A DNA stretch of 32,932 nucleotides. Origin: an uncultured bacterium. GTDB lineage: Bacteria > Hydrogenedentota > Hydrogenedentia > Hydrogenedentales > JAEUWI01. Where the stretch lies: contig CAXBPH010000050.1 in assembly GCA_963977445.1 (NCBI GenBank), forward strand, positions 1 through 32,932, given 5' to 3'. Numbering within the stretch: position 1 is the stretch's first letter; every line of letters starts with the position of its first letter. The notes under the pieces are model-generated. The model did not search any database. It saw nothing but the letters and a program-made list of their open reading frames with translations, and was not told where the DNA came from. Positions 19,101-30,701 of this stretch are shown in pieces. The position numbers and the translations under genes are program-made.

Positions 19101-19732
19101 TAGTGACAATCGTTGGTCGCTATGACCATCAGGCCATAGTCTTCGGCCATCTGCTGAAGGACCGGATTCACCTTTTCCTGCTCTTCGATGCCGTGGTGCA
19201 TGAGCTCAACCAGGTAATTATCCCTGCCGAATATCTCGATATACCGTTCCAATTCCCGGACGGCGAGATCGGGATCGTCCTGAAGAATGGCCTGGGGCAC
19301 CCGACCCGCAAGACAGGAGGTAGTCGCAATGAGCCCCTCGCTGTGCTTCGCCAGTAGTTCGTCGTCTACCCGAGGCTTGTAGTAGAACCCCTCAAGATAG
19401 CCCTTCGAGCTCAGTTTACAAAGATTGTGGTAACCCGCTTCGTTCTCGCAAAGGAGGAGGAAGTGATTGTTGTAAGAGCCAAGAAACTTCGTGTTCGTAT
19501 CGGTGCGCTTGTCGGGCGCCACATAGAGTTCACAGCCGATAATGGGTTTAATACCCCGAGACTTCGCCATCTGATAGAACTCAACCGCCCCGAAGAGGTT
19601 ACCGTGGTCGGTGAGGGCGCAGGCTTCCATCCCATATTTTTCACAGCGGTCCAGCAACTCTTTGGTCTTACAGGCACCATCGAGGACGCTATAGTCGGAA
19701 TGTACATGGAGATGAACGAAACCAGAACTCAT
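16199..19732 (-). CDS. dnaE: DNA polymerase III alpha subunit
   Basis: PHP domain HLHVHSDYS and ALTDHG, GPGRGSGAGS, catalytic PDFDIDF, LLKMDFLGL, YGFNKSHS, EKEMLGLYISSHP and OB fold. 1177 aa. Confidence 0.98.
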   Translation of the reverse strand: MSSGFVHLHVHSDYSVLDGACKTKELLDRCEKYGMEACALTDHGNLFGAVEFYQMAKSRGIKPIIGCELYVAPDKRTDTNTKFLGSYNNHFLLLCENEAGYHNLCKLSSKGYLEGFYYKPRVDDELLAKHSEGLIATTSCLAGRVPQAILQDDPDLAVRELERYIEIFGRDNYLVELMHHGIEEQEKVNPVLQQMAEDYGLMVIATNDCHYIDQSDAEAHEALLCVQTGTTLEDEKRFRFPTEQFHFRTEAEMREIFHDCPEAVDNTVKVAERCNVVIPLGESLIPAYTPDEGYEEGVTPLSYLTELVMLGVEKRYGSPPAAEFVDRAKFELNVIEGMKFVDYFLVVWDLINFANKEGIPVGPGRGSGAGSIVAYALRITNIDPMRYNLLFERFLNPERVSMPDFDIDFCYNRREEMIAYSYRKYGRENVSQIITFGRMLAKNVIRNVGRVLGMSYGDVDRIAKLIPDELKIKLKDAEERVEELQVLIEQDPQINKLWRLAKRLEGTIGNCGTHAAGVVICDHDLTDHVALYKASNSDTVATQVEMKCVEEVGLLKMDFLGLRTLTVVHEAVRLIREGRGVSIDIDNITCDNTKTYELLRSGQTTGVFQLESSGMRDLARRIGLQSLEEMSALVALFRPGPMQFIDTYIEGKYKPETIQYDHEVTKPILEETYGIAVYQEQVMQLVQACAGFSLGQADIVRRAMGKKKKELLDEQKAKFVAGCANNDINEKLAGVIWDKIETFAGYGFNKSHSVAYAFVAYQTAYLKANYPVEFMCALLTSESGNLDKVALYVDECRRMKIDVLPPDVNHSWNYFAVDGQSIRFGMGAIKNVGEGPTLEITRERTENGPFLDLFDMCKRIDTRMVNRRCIESLNRAGAFVGMGWNRRQVEAALDQALGEGQSAQRDKDAGQFSLFDMDGMQDTMATMHQKPELPEYPDHEVLQMEKEMLGLYISSHPLDPYLDIIDRFGTVNLVQLSDYKEGQTINVAGSVTTVRIHVTKTNKRMAFIALETFQGLIEVTVFSDTFEQKAGLLAQDMIVMIPARVNYRNDEPGLVAVDVFAIEDSERQLAKAVHVALEGEALQKEQIHKLAELLGNAKGECDVYLHCRTAIGKLVTIHATEACLVPATRQFRYAIEEVVGMDKVWFSAGMGLPTHRPEEIKPRETKPWERKKKAQSA

Positions 19733-20205
19733 TTGTGTATGTTCTCCCAGAGCAAGGCCAAGGCCGCGTCTGATGTTTGCTGCTTGATAGATTCACGGTC
19801 GCCCTCAAAAACGAAATGGACGGCCTCCGTGCTGCTGGCACGCGCTACGGCGATATGAACCAGCCCAACCGGCTTCTCCTCCGTGCCACCACCGGGCCCG
19901 GCAATCCCCGTAACCGCAACGGCGAAATCGGTGCCCAGACGGCTGCGTGCACCCTCGGCCATGGCCCGTCCGGTCTGTTGGCTTACGGCACCGTAGAGCC
20001 GCAACGTTTCCTCGGGCACATCCAACAGATTCATCTTTACTTCGTTGGCATAGGCGACAATGCCGCCTTGAAAAGGAGTGGAAGAACCCGGCACGTTGGT
20101 CAGACGGTGGGCGATGAGGCCACCACTGCAAGACTCGGCAGTTGCAACCGACTTTTCCGTACCTATAAGATACGAAATAATCTGATGTTCGATTGGCAGA
20201 CTCAT
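19729..20205 (-). CDS. pncC: CinA C-terminal domain protein / NMN deamidase (PncC)
   Basis: ATAESCSGG, VPGSS, YGAVS, TGIAGPGGGTEEKPVGLV and GDRE motifs. Start at ATG 20205; 4-bp overlap with dnaE. Confidence 0.9.
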   Translation of the reverse strand: MSLPIEHQIISYLIGTEKSVATAESCSGGLIAHRLTNVPGSSTPFQGGIVAYANEVKMNLLDVPEETLRLYGAVSQQTGRAMAEGARSRLGTDFAVAVTGIAGPGGGTEEKPVGLVHIAVARASSTEAVHFVFEGDRESIKQQTSDAALALLWENIHK

Positions 20206-20306
20206 GCAGCTCAGGATCCTCGAAAGTTGGCACAACCGTATCACCGCCACTGTAGGTGGCGCAAGAGGAAAAACGTGAAACCCGAATTGGCGGGGCTTAT
20301 TTCGCC

Positions 20307-20335
20307 TTGTTCTTTCGGGGACATGCACGTATACT
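20307..20335 (+). promoter_or_regulatory. sigma70 promoter TTGTTC-N17-TATACT, 7 nt before the transglycosylase ATG
   Basis: TTGTTC at 20307-20312, TATACT at 20330-20335, ATG at 20343 with no SD. Confidence 0.6.
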
Positions 20336-20342
20336 ATTGACA

Positions 20343-21359
20343 ATGATCTATGCATTCTTGAAAAAGCTGGCCATTGGCCGTCGAAACGCAGGGACCACCC
20401 TTCTTCTGGCAGGTGCCTTGTTGTTCGCCCCCGGCCCCCTGCCCTTCCAGGGCGACGCCTGCGCCGCCGACGATCCGCCCCCCCGGGTTATTGGCAAGTC
20501 TCACATGAAAGAACGACGCAATGCCGCGAGCCAGCGACGCCGTGAAATGGGGCTCAAGACATTCAAGAACACATCCGGTACGCCCACGCTGACGAACCGC
20601 AGCTCAAAGTACAAGAATCGAAAAGACTATCGAGAAGTCCGCCTGAAATTTGACCCTATCGTCATCCTGCCAGAATATCGGAAGCGCCCCAAGTCCACCT
20701 TCTACGCTTCGAAGGATTACGAAAAGCTCGTTTCTCACTACGCCAAACTCTACGGTGTGGAAGAAAATCTGGTTTACGCAGTCATCAAAGCGGAGAGCAA
20801 TTGGGATCCCAACGCCACGTCGAGTGCAGGTGCCTGCGGGCTCATGCAGTTGATGCCGGGGACCGCTGGTGAAATGGGTGTATCGGACATATTCGACCCG
20901 GCCCAGAATATTGCTGGGGGTACCCAGTATCTGGCGAAGATGCTCCAGCTCTTTAAGAATGACACCACCCTTGCCCTTGCCGCCTACAATGCGGGCCCGG
21001 GCAACGTGCAGAAATATAATGGCGTCCCCCCCTTCGAAGAGACCCAGAAGTATGTCGTCCGCGTAAAAAATTACGCTGGCGATCTTTCCACGACCAGCCT
21101 CCCCCGCCGCTTTCCTCGTATGCAAGTGGCCCGTGCTGCCGGCTCCGATTCCGCCTCTCCGAACACCCAGGAGACCAAACGGCCCGGACCCGGCATGCCC
21201 GCGAACGGCACCTATCCTTATATGATTCATTTCCACAGCGGCCTGAGTCAGCCAGCGGATAGTATTGAGGACAAAGACCCCTATTACTTTATTGAATACG
21301 GTAAGCGGTCGTACTCCGTACGCAAAGATCTCGTCAAGGAAATCGTGAACAAGACCTGA
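20343..21359 (+). CDS. lytic transglycosylase (SLT domain) with N-terminal signal and a small C-terminal domain
   Basis: AVIKAES (catalytic Glu), GACGLMQLMP, DPAQNIAGG, ALAAYNAGPG and PPFEETQKYV motifs. Confidence 0.92.
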   Translation: MIYAFLKKLAIGRRNAGTTLLLAGALLFAPGPLPFQGDACAADDPPPRVIGKSHMKERRNAASQRRREMGLKTFKNTSGTPTLTNRSSKYKNRKDYREVRLKFDPIVILPEYRKRPKSTFYASKDYEKLVSHYAKLYGVEENLVYAVIKAESNWDPNATSSAGACGLMQLMPGTAGEMGVSDIFDPAQNIAGGTQYLAKMLQLFKNDTTLALAAYNAGPGNVQKYNGVPPFEETQKYVVRVKNYAGDLSTTSLPRRFPRMQVARAAGSDSASPNTQETKRPGPGMPANGTYPYMIHFHSGLSQPADSIEDKDPYYFIEYGKRSYSVRKDLVKEIVNKT

Positions 21360-21369
21360 AGATGGTGCG

Positions 21370-22293
21370 TCAAGCCCAGGCGGCAAGCATTTGTTCCATT
21401 TGCGCCTTCAGTTCCTGCTCCAGCCCATCCATCTCCACCCCTTCTTGTAATTGCTGGCACGCCTCCTCTTTCTGCCCCTGCGCGTAAATCAGTTGCGCCA
21501 GATAGATTCGGGCGAGGCCACCCGTCGGGTTCGCGTCAATAACCCCCTGCAGCGTCTGAAGCGCACCGGTCAGATTGCCCTGCTTTATCTGGCAATCCAC
21601 CAGCATACACATGGCCTCGGGGGAGTTGGGCTCTAATGCGAAGGCGCGATGTGCGTAACGCTCTGCCCCCGTGATGTCACCCCGATCACTGTAAAACTCT
21701 GCGGCGGTAATAAACCCCGTCATACGGTCCGCAGGCGAATAGTCCTTTGGGCAATAGAACGAGCCGTACATAAGTCCGCCATTCAGCTCATATTCATTGT
21801 AGGTACTCGCGTAGCCGAGAAAGTCTTCCACATACCACTCACTTCGGTGGAGTTCGGCCGGGTTACCGTATTGCTCCGGGTGATCCCAGCCTTCACCAAG
21901 AGGAATGTTTATGATAAGCATTTCCTTCGCCTTGGCATGTAGCATCTCGACGACCCGCTCCGCCTCATCTTTGTGCATGTGCTCGATGACGTCGCCCGCA
22001 ATAATCAGATCATATTCATCGAGTGATTCACACAAATCGCGAATATCACCGATGATTATGTTGCTGTAGAGCGCCCGCTGGTGGTTCTGGATGTAGGGTT
22101 CGAAAAACTCGACGCCGTCGATGCGGACACTCCAGTCCTCCGGACGAAACCGTCCATAAAAGGCGTCCAGGTATTCCCGACAGAGGTAGCCCCATTTACC
22201 GTAACCACACCCGACATCAAGGACCGATTTGGGTTGCACACCTATAATCTTGTTGACGCACGACGTGATTTGAACATGGATACTTACGGGCAT
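21370..22293 (-). CDS. class I SAM-dependent methyltransferase with C-terminal TPR repeats
   Basis: VLDVGCGYG, IDGVEF and GDVIEH motifs. C-terminal TPR-like helices (ALEPNSPEA, DANPTGGLARIYLA). SD GGGGAG before ATG 22293. Confidence 0.8.
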   Translation of the reverse strand: MPVSIHVQITSCVNKIIGVQPKSVLDVGCGYGKWGYLCREYLDAFYGRFRPEDWSVRIDGVEFFEPYIQNHQRALYSNIIIGDIRDLCESLDEYDLIIAGDVIEHMHKDEAERVVEMLHAKAKEMLIINIPLGEGWDHPEQYGNPAELHRSEWYVEDFLGYASTYNEYELNGGLMYGSFYCPKDYSPADRMTGFITAAEFYSDRGDITGAERYAHRAFALEPNSPEAMCMLVDCQIKQGNLTGALQTLQGVIDANPTGGLARIYLAQLIYAQGQKEEACQQLQEGVEMDGLEQELKAQMEQMLAAWA

Positions 22294-22424
22294 GATCTCT
22301 CCCCAGATGAGCAAAAGCCAATTGTGTGTGGGACGATTATACAGGCACGGCGCTCACAAAGTGCAAGTGTCGTGCAGGGGCAACTGCATCCGAAGCCCCT
22401 CCTGCTGACATACCGCAGATAGGG

Positions 22425-23888
22425 CTATGCCAGCAAATCGTCCTGCACCACACCGGCCACGTCGGTCAGGCGGAAGTCCCGCCCCTGGAAGCGGTAGGTA
22501 AGACGCTCATGGTCGATGCCGAGCTGGTGGAGAATGGTCGCCTGAAGATCATGCACGTGCATGGGCTTATCAATGGGAGAAAAGCCCAATTCGTCCGTCT
22601 CGCCGTGGGTATAGCCCGCCTTGATGCCACCACCAGCCATCCACATGGAGGCGCATTCGATGTGGTGATTTCGACCGACTGTGTCCCTGATTTCGCCCAT
22701 GGGGGTACGGCCAAATTCACCACCCCATATGACGAGTGTGTCTTCCAGCAGTCCCCGCTGCTTCAGGTCTTTCACCAAGGCGGCCGACCCCTGGTCCACA
22801 TCCCGACACACATCATCCAGGCTGTTTGAAAGGTTTTCAGAGTTACCACCATGGTGGTCCCAGTTGGTGTGATAGAGCTGAATAAAACGAACGCCCCGCT
22901 CCACGAGACGACGGGCCAGGAGGCAATTCATCGCATAGGAGGGCTCCCCGGTTTTGGCTCCATAGAGGTCCATGGTATCCTGAGTCTCGCCCGACAGGTC
23001 CATCAGCTCGGGGGCACTGCTCTGCATGCGGTAGGCCATTTCATAGGCACTGATTCGTGCGGCGATTTCGCCATCGCCCGTCACGTCTAAACGGGCCCGA
23101 TTCAGATCATTTACCGCGTCGATAACCCGTCGCTGCTCCCGATCCCCCACGCTTTCCGGGTTACTCAGGTTCAGAATGGGGTCGCCCGTAGAGCGAAAGG
23201 GCACCCCCTGATGGGCAGCGGGCAGAAAGCCACTTCCCCAGTTGGGTTGTCCGCCACGAGGCCCACGGGGTCCGGACTGAAGAACGACAAACCCAGGCAG
23301 GTCCTGGGATTCGCTTCCGATGCCATAGTTTACCCAGGCCCCCATGCTGGGACGGCCAAACTGGCCAGAGCCCGTATTCATAAAAATCTTGGCCGGCGCG
23401 TGGTTGGGCACATCGGTTGCCACGGTTTTCAGGAAGGAAACGTCGTCGACGATGCCCGCCGTGTGGGGCAGACACTCCGAAACCCAGGCACCACAATCAC
23501 CATGCTGTTTAAAGTCTCGTACCGTGCCCAAGAGCTTCGGTGGGCCGTCGTTCCCGAAGGAATCCATGAAGGCGAAGCGCTTGCCTTCAATATAAGATTG
23601 GGGAATGGGCTGTCCGTTGTATTGCTGAAGTACGGGCTTGTAGTCAAAAAGTTCGAGTTGGCTTGGGCCGCCCGCCATAAACATAAAGATGACGTTCTTG
23701 GCCTTCGCCCGGTGGTGGCCCTTCCCCCCCAGAATCCCCATGCTGTCTTGTTGCATGGCCGCAGCGGCATCCCCGCCATTCCCCAACAGGGAGCCCAGGG
23801 CGATGGAGCCGAGCCCAACGCCACATTGTTTGAAAAAGTGGCGGCGCGTTACCCCGTGCAGGGCGTCTTGATAGGTCATATTGCGCAT
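22425..23888 (-). CDS. DUF1501 family protein with Tat signal (alkaline phosphatase/sulfatase-like superfamily)
   Basis: TRRHFFK Tat motif, IFMFMAGGPSQLELFDYKP, GRPSMGAW, ARRLVERGVRF, WDHH, GEFGRTP, GRNHH and GRDFRLTDV. Confidence 0.93.
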   Translation of the reverse strand: MRNMTYQDALHGVTRRHFFKQCGVGLGSIALGSLLGNGGDAAAAMQQDSMGILGGKGHHRAKAKNVIFMFMAGGPSQLELFDYKPVLQQYNGQPIPQSYIEGKRFAFMDSFGNDGPPKLLGTVRDFKQHGDCGAWVSECLPHTAGIVDDVSFLKTVATDVPNHAPAKIFMNTGSGQFGRPSMGAWVNYGIGSESQDLPGFVVLQSGPRGPRGGQPNWGSGFLPAAHQGVPFRSTGDPILNLSNPESVGDREQRRVIDAVNDLNRARLDVTGDGEIAARISAYEMAYRMQSSAPELMDLSGETQDTMDLYGAKTGEPSYAMNCLLARRLVERGVRFIQLYHTNWDHHGGNSENLSNSLDDVCRDVDQGSAALVKDLKQRGLLEDTLVIWGGEFGRTPMGEIRDTVGRNHHIECASMWMAGGGIKAGYTHGETDELGFSPIDKPMHVHDLQATILHQLGIDHERLTYRFQGRDFRLTDVAGVVQDDLLA

Positions 23889-23903
23889 AGCGCTATCCTC
23901 TAC

Positions 23904-26348
23904 TTATTCCCGGGTAATGAACTCATCCAGATTAAACAGGGTCCGCGCGACACCGAGCCAGGGATCAGGGGCTGGACTTGCCTTCCTGAAGTCTTCCAGC
24001 AGGCTCGATAAAACCTGCATTTCGTGGGCCTCCGGCTCCCGGTTAAGCGAGGCCCGGAAGGCATAGCGAAGTTTTTCCCCGTCAGATTCCATAGGAGCCG
24101 CCGCAATGCGCTTCGCAAAGGCTTCGGCCTGCTCTACATAGGCCTGGTCATTCAACAGGGTCAGGGCCTGCAGAGGCGTATTGGAGCGACTACGCCGGGT
24201 ACAGGCCACCATGGCATCGGGCGCGTCAAACACAACCAGCGAGGGATGGGGCGTTGCCCGCCAGAAGAAGGTATACATGCCGCGACGGAATCGGTCGCCA
24301 TCGGCACTCTCGTTCCAGGGCCGGGCGCTTTGTCCCAGTTTCATCACCCCATCGGGCTGGGGCGGATATACGCCGGGGCCACCAATGGTTTCGTCCAACA
24401 ACCCGGAAGCAGAAAGGGTCGCATCTCGTATGATTTCCGCATCAAGTCGGACGCGATTCTGCCGTGCAAGCAGATAATTCCGTCGATCGACATTCTCCAG
24501 GTCACTTCGGGTATGGGAGGCCTGCTGGTAGGTGGCCGAGGTGACCATTTCCCGTATAGAGGCCTTGACGGACCAGCCTCGGGCGATAAATTGATTGGCG
24601 AGATAGTCCAACAGCTCCGGATGGGTCGGCAGTGCCCCCTGATATCCAAAGTCATTCTCCGTCTCCACGAGCGCACGACCGAAGAGAAACTGCCAGAAGC
24701 GATTCACCGTAACTCGGGCCGTCAGTGGGTTGGCGCGACTGACAATCCAGTTGGCTAAATCAAGACGAGAGCCGATTTCTGGCCCGTCGTAGGCGTGAAG
24801 CACGGCCGGTGTGCCGGGTAACACCTGCTGCGCAAGGCGGGTAAAGTCTCCATTCTCAAACAGATGGGTTTCTCGCGGCTCCCCACGCTTGCGGAGGACC
24901 ATGGTCTGGGGAACCTTGGGAAGCTCCGCCCGCAGGTCATTTATCTTCTTCTCGAATTCCTGATTGGGCCCATCGGCTTGTAGAAAGCGCTTCTGGAGTA
25001 AGCCCTCCTGCTCGGCGGTCCACGAGGCCCGGTCTATGCCAATCGCGGCCTTTTCTTTCAGGCCCCAATCCTTTACCGCCTCCTCGCTCAGTCCTGCGAG
25101 CCACACGGGAAGCACTTCCTGGATGGCTTTCTCTCGATAGGCCTTGGATTCCGGTGTGATCTCGTTTATTTTCGCCTGAATAAGGGCAATACGCTCCGAT
25201 TCCTCGGCCGTGGGCAGGTCCAGATCGATTTCATCGTCGTTATTGTAGAAGGCGAAGAGTTTGTAGTACTCCTCTTGATACACGGGGTCATACTTGTGAT
25301 CATGGCATTTCGCGCACCCCAAGGTCAGCCCGAGAAACACCGCACCCGTCGTATCTACCCGATCCACAATCCCTTCAATACGAAATTCTTCTTTATCAAT
25401 GCCGCCTTCCTGATTAATCATCGTATTTCGATGAAAGCCCGTGGCTACCCGGTCAGACTGGGTCGCATCGGGCAGGAGATCACCCGCCAATTGGGTTCGG
25501 ACGAAATCATCGAAGGGCAAATCTTCATTGATAGCGTTGATGACCCAGTCCCGATAGGGCCAAATCTGGCGGGGACCATCGATACTGTAGCCATTGGAAT
25601 CGGCATAGCGCGCGGCGTCGAGCCAATGACGGCCCCATCGCTCTCCAAAATGGGGCGAAGCGAGCAAGTCATCGACCACTTTCTCATAGGCCTGGTCACT
25701 CGGATCGGCCAGAAAGGCATCAAGCTGTTCAATGGTGGGCAAAATGCCAATGAGATCGAGGTAAACCCGCCGGAGGCGCGTTTCGGCTTCGGCCTCGGGT
25801 GACGGCGCAATCCCTTCCGCTGCCAGGCGTCTGCCGACAAAGTTGTCGATGGGGTTACGCACCCAGCGGGCGTCCGCCTCCTTCAAGGTCGGTATCTCCG
25901 GCCAGGCAGGCGACACGAAGGCCCAATGCTTTTCGTAGGGTGCCCCCTCCGCCAGCCACTGCGTCAATGTCTCGATTTCGGCGTCGGAGAGGGTGGAGGA
26001 TTCCGAGGGCGGCATCTGATCGTCGGGATCCTGGGTCGTAATTCGTTCCAGAATAAGACTGCTATGACCGTCGACGCCAAAGATGTCACGAAGGCGCTCG
26101 GCCGTCATCCCCCCTTCTTCCGGGGGCACGTCGAGTCGCAAATCGCCCTTCCGCTGCTTGGCGTCGGGCCCGTGACAGGCAAAACAGTGCTCCGACAGCA
26201 CCGGCTTCACCTTGGTATTAAACGTGCCGGCACCCACGGGCAGCGCAAGAATTACTACGCCTGCTGCCACGCTACGCCAGGTGGACCATGTGGTAAAACG
26301 ATTCACGTCAATGCCTGCTTTGTTGTTTGCGCTAATAGAACATCCCAT
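23904..26348 (-). CDS. planctomycete cytochrome c / DUF1549 / DUF1553 (PSD1) protein
   Basis: CFACHG..MPP cytochrome c domain, HWAF, NPIDNF, WLDAARYADSNG, GCAKCHDHKYDP, NPLTARVTVNR.W, PTHPELLD and NTPLQAL.L.N. Start is uncertain (26306-26360). Confidence 0.93.
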   Translation of the reverse strand: MGCSISANNKAGIDVNRFTTWSTWRSVAAGVVILALPVGAGTFNTKVKPVLSEHCFACHGPDAKQRKGDLRLDVPPEEGGMTAERLRDIFGVDGHSSLILERITTQDPDDQMPPSESSTLSDAEIETLTQWLAEGAPYEKHWAFVSPAWPEIPTLKEADARWVRNPIDNFVGRRLAAEGIAPSPEAEAETRLRRVYLDLIGILPTIEQLDAFLADPSDQAYEKVVDDLLASPHFGERWGRHWLDAARYADSNGYSIDGPRQIWPYRDWVINAINEDLPFDDFVRTQLAGDLLPDATQSDRVATGFHRNTMINQEGGIDKEEFRIEGIVDRVDTTGAVFLGLTLGCAKCHDHKYDPVYQEEYYKLFAFYNNDDEIDLDLPTAEESERIALIQAKINEITPESKAYREKAIQEVLPVWLAGLSEEAVKDWGLKEKAAIGIDRASWTAEQEGLLQKRFLQADGPNQEFEKKINDLRAELPKVPQTMVLRKRGEPRETHLFENGDFTRLAQQVLPGTPAVLHAYDGPEIGSRLDLANWIVSRANPLTARVTVNRFWQFLFGRALVETENDFGYQGALPTHPELLDYLANQFIARGWSVKASIREMVTSATYQQASHTRSDLENVDRRNYLLARQNRVRLDAEIIRDATLSASGLLDETIGGPGVYPPQPDGVMKLGQSARPWNESADGDRFRRGMYTFFWRATPHPSLVVFDAPDAMVACTRRSRSNTPLQALTLLNDQAYVEQAEAFAKRIAAAPMESDGEKLRYAFRASLNREPEAHEMQVLSSLLEDFRKASPAPDPWLGVARTLFNLDEFITRE

Positions 26349-26417
26349 AGCCACTTCCACCCTACCATGTGTCCCCCCACATCTTCCACCCGACCGAGGC
26401 CCGAAACATCATTTTCT

Positions 26418-26447
26418 TTGAAACCGAAGGGGTGTCTGTGTTATCTT
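26418..26447 (+). promoter_or_regulatory. sigma70 promoter TTGAAA-N18-TATCTT with extended -10 TG, for kdsB-pyrG
   Basis: TTGAAA at 26418-26423, TG at 26439-26440, TATCTT at 26442-26447. Confidence 0.6.
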
Positions 26448-26544
26448 ACCATCCCGTTAGGGAAACGGGTTCCCCCATCCTCCCTCTCTATTTTTTCTTA
26501 CGAATTTGTTGTGCGTATTTCGCATATCAGGGATGGATTGACCA

Positions 26545-28933
<2,389 letters not shown>

Positions 28934-28940
28934 TTTATCC

Positions 28941-29795
28941 GTGGATCTGAAGGTTACTGCCCACCGACTTTGCCTCCTCCTTTCGTGGCAGGAGGCTTTG
29001 GGGCGTACACCCCACAACGCCTCCTACGGTGGCGCGAGCTATCGGAAACATGCAGCCCGTGCCATCGCCACCCTCCGTGACGAGGCTCGGGCAGAGGTCC
29101 AACGCGCCGGAAGTGAACTTCAGCGACTCATTGCCGCCAACGCCCCGGCGTCGGAGGCCGACAGACAACGTCATCGCATCCAACAATTGAATCACCTTCT
29201 GAAAGCCGAGACGGCGTCGACCCTGGGCGGGCCCGTGGCGCTGTCCCTCGAAGGCTATGCCGACGCCTTTGGCGTGGCCCAACCCTCCCCCATGTCCTTC
29301 ACCCCGCTGGAACGTCGAGACGTGATCACCATTTGGGGTGCCCTCCTCATCGGGGCTGTCGTTTGTCTTGCCCTGAGCTGGTTTTATCTCTGGCGGGCCA
29401 ACACCTCGTTCTCGACGGAATGGGCCGACAACAACTTCCTCGCCCTCCAGATGAGCAACGAGGGACAAAAAATGGCCGAATTTGTGGGGTCCTGGTCATC
29501 GATCACCTCCGAATCCATTCCAGATACCTACGCCGTCGCCCTCTATTGCCAACCGGAAGGTGAAGATGCATTTCAGCCCGCTACGGATCTGGACGGCATA
29601 TGGGTCTATCAGAATGAGGTCATGGCACCGCAGCGAATCGTATCCGTAGAGCCCGGCGTTTCCATCACGGTACTGCTGGATGTACGCGCCCTGGAATCGA
29701 TCTACGGAAGAAAGCTTGCGGCGATACGGCTGGAATGCGGACGCAAATCAAGCCCCCGGCAGGCGGTGTTTACGGAACAGGTTCCCACTCCCTGA
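28941..29795 (+). CDS. hypothetical single-pass membrane protein
   Basis: Starts 7 nt after the pyrG stop. N-terminal helical/coiled-coil region, TM segment VITIWGALLIGAVVCLALSWFYLW, beta-rich C-terminal half. Confidence 0.65.
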   Translation: MDLKVTAHRLCLLLSWQEALGRTPHNASYGGASYRKHAARAIATLRDEARAEVQRAGSELQRLIAANAPASEADRQRHRIQQLNHLLKAETASTLGGPVALSLEGYADAFGVAQPSPMSFTPLERRDVITIWGALLIGAVVCLALSWFYLWRANTSFSTEWADNNFLALQMSNEGQKMAEFVGSWSSITSESIPDTYAVALYCQPEGEDAFQPATDLDGIWVYQNEVMAPQRIVSVEPGVSITVLLDVRALESIYGRKLAAIRLECGRKSSPRQAVFTEQVPTP

Positions 29796-29829
29796 ACTCC
29801 CCCCAGCCCCCACTGTAACTCACCCCCGT

Positions 29830-30630
29830 TCAGCCAGAGCTTCCCACTTTACCTTCACGGGCCCAACGCTCTTCCACGGCCTCGCGCCGTTCGTGTTGCG
29901 CCGCACGCACTTTGGGCATCCAGACCCGAATATCGGCCCCTTGCGGCAAGAGTTTCTGCATAAAGGGCACCATAATGCTGTCGCCGAGCACATCGCAAAA
30001 AGAATCATAGAGCTGGACGTGGTTTTTGAGCGCTGTTTCCATGTTCGGCTCATCGCCCAAGGTAACATCATCCAGATCGATAAACGTAAACGTCCGTCCA
30101 TCTGCGGTATAGATGTTCTTCCCGGAAAGGTCGCCGTGATGGGCACCACAATCTGTAAATTGATTGATGGCATGGGCGAGGGCACCAAGAAACCAGTGAA
30201 TCGTATCGGGGCCTGCATTTTTTTCGATTAGCGCCTGCAGAAATTGTTCTACATTGCGTTGCCCGGCGAGGTATCCCGACAACATGGCGTTGCCCAGGAC
30301 CACCCCCAGTGCACCGCGCTCGACAAAGGCCAAGGGCGCCGGCACGAGGACGCCGTTCTTTCGCAGATGGTGGGCAGCAAACCATGCACGACGATAGCGA
30401 CTTCGCTGAAACGTGTGCTTGAGGGGACCACCTCCTCCCGCGAAGGTGCTTTCTTTGATGACGTAATCCCCAACCCGCCGAACTTCGACTTTTGGGGAGA
30501 TCTTGATAGGCTCGCCGCCTTCAGAGAAGAGTTTCCAGAGTGTATCCACGTCCAGATGGCGGGGATAATAAATCGTCGACCCGCCTCTTCTTGCTTTAAC
30601 AATCGTATTGTCGATACAGAGTGATGCCAT
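29830..30630 (-). CDS. lipopolysaccharide/Kdo kinase family protein (Kdo/WaaP/InaA-like)
   Basis: YVIKE, GVLVPAPLA, catalytic HGDLSGKNIY and FIDLD. Start taken at ATG 30630. Confidence 0.8.
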   Translation of the reverse strand: MASLCIDNTIVKARRGGSTIYYPRHLDVDTLWKLFSEGGEPIKISPKVEVRRVGDYVIKESTFAGGGGPLKHTFQRSRYRRAWFAAHHLRKNGVLVPAPLAFVERGALGVVLGNAMLSGYLAGQRNVEQFLQALIEKNAGPDTIHWFLGALAHAINQFTDCGAHHGDLSGKNIYTADGRTFTFIDLDDVTLGDEPNMETALKNHVQLYDSFCDVLGDSIMVPFMQKLLPQGADIRVWMPKVRAAQHERREAVEERWAREGKVGSSG

Positions 30631-30701
30631 TGTGGCGTACTTTCTACCCCGTCCGCACAATGGCGGACCCATAAATTCCCAAGTTAACGCCCCACACCGA
30701 A

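Noticed and set aside
16199..19732. Intein or split in dnaE
   Set aside because: Length and motif spacing are normal, and I see no intein splice motifs.
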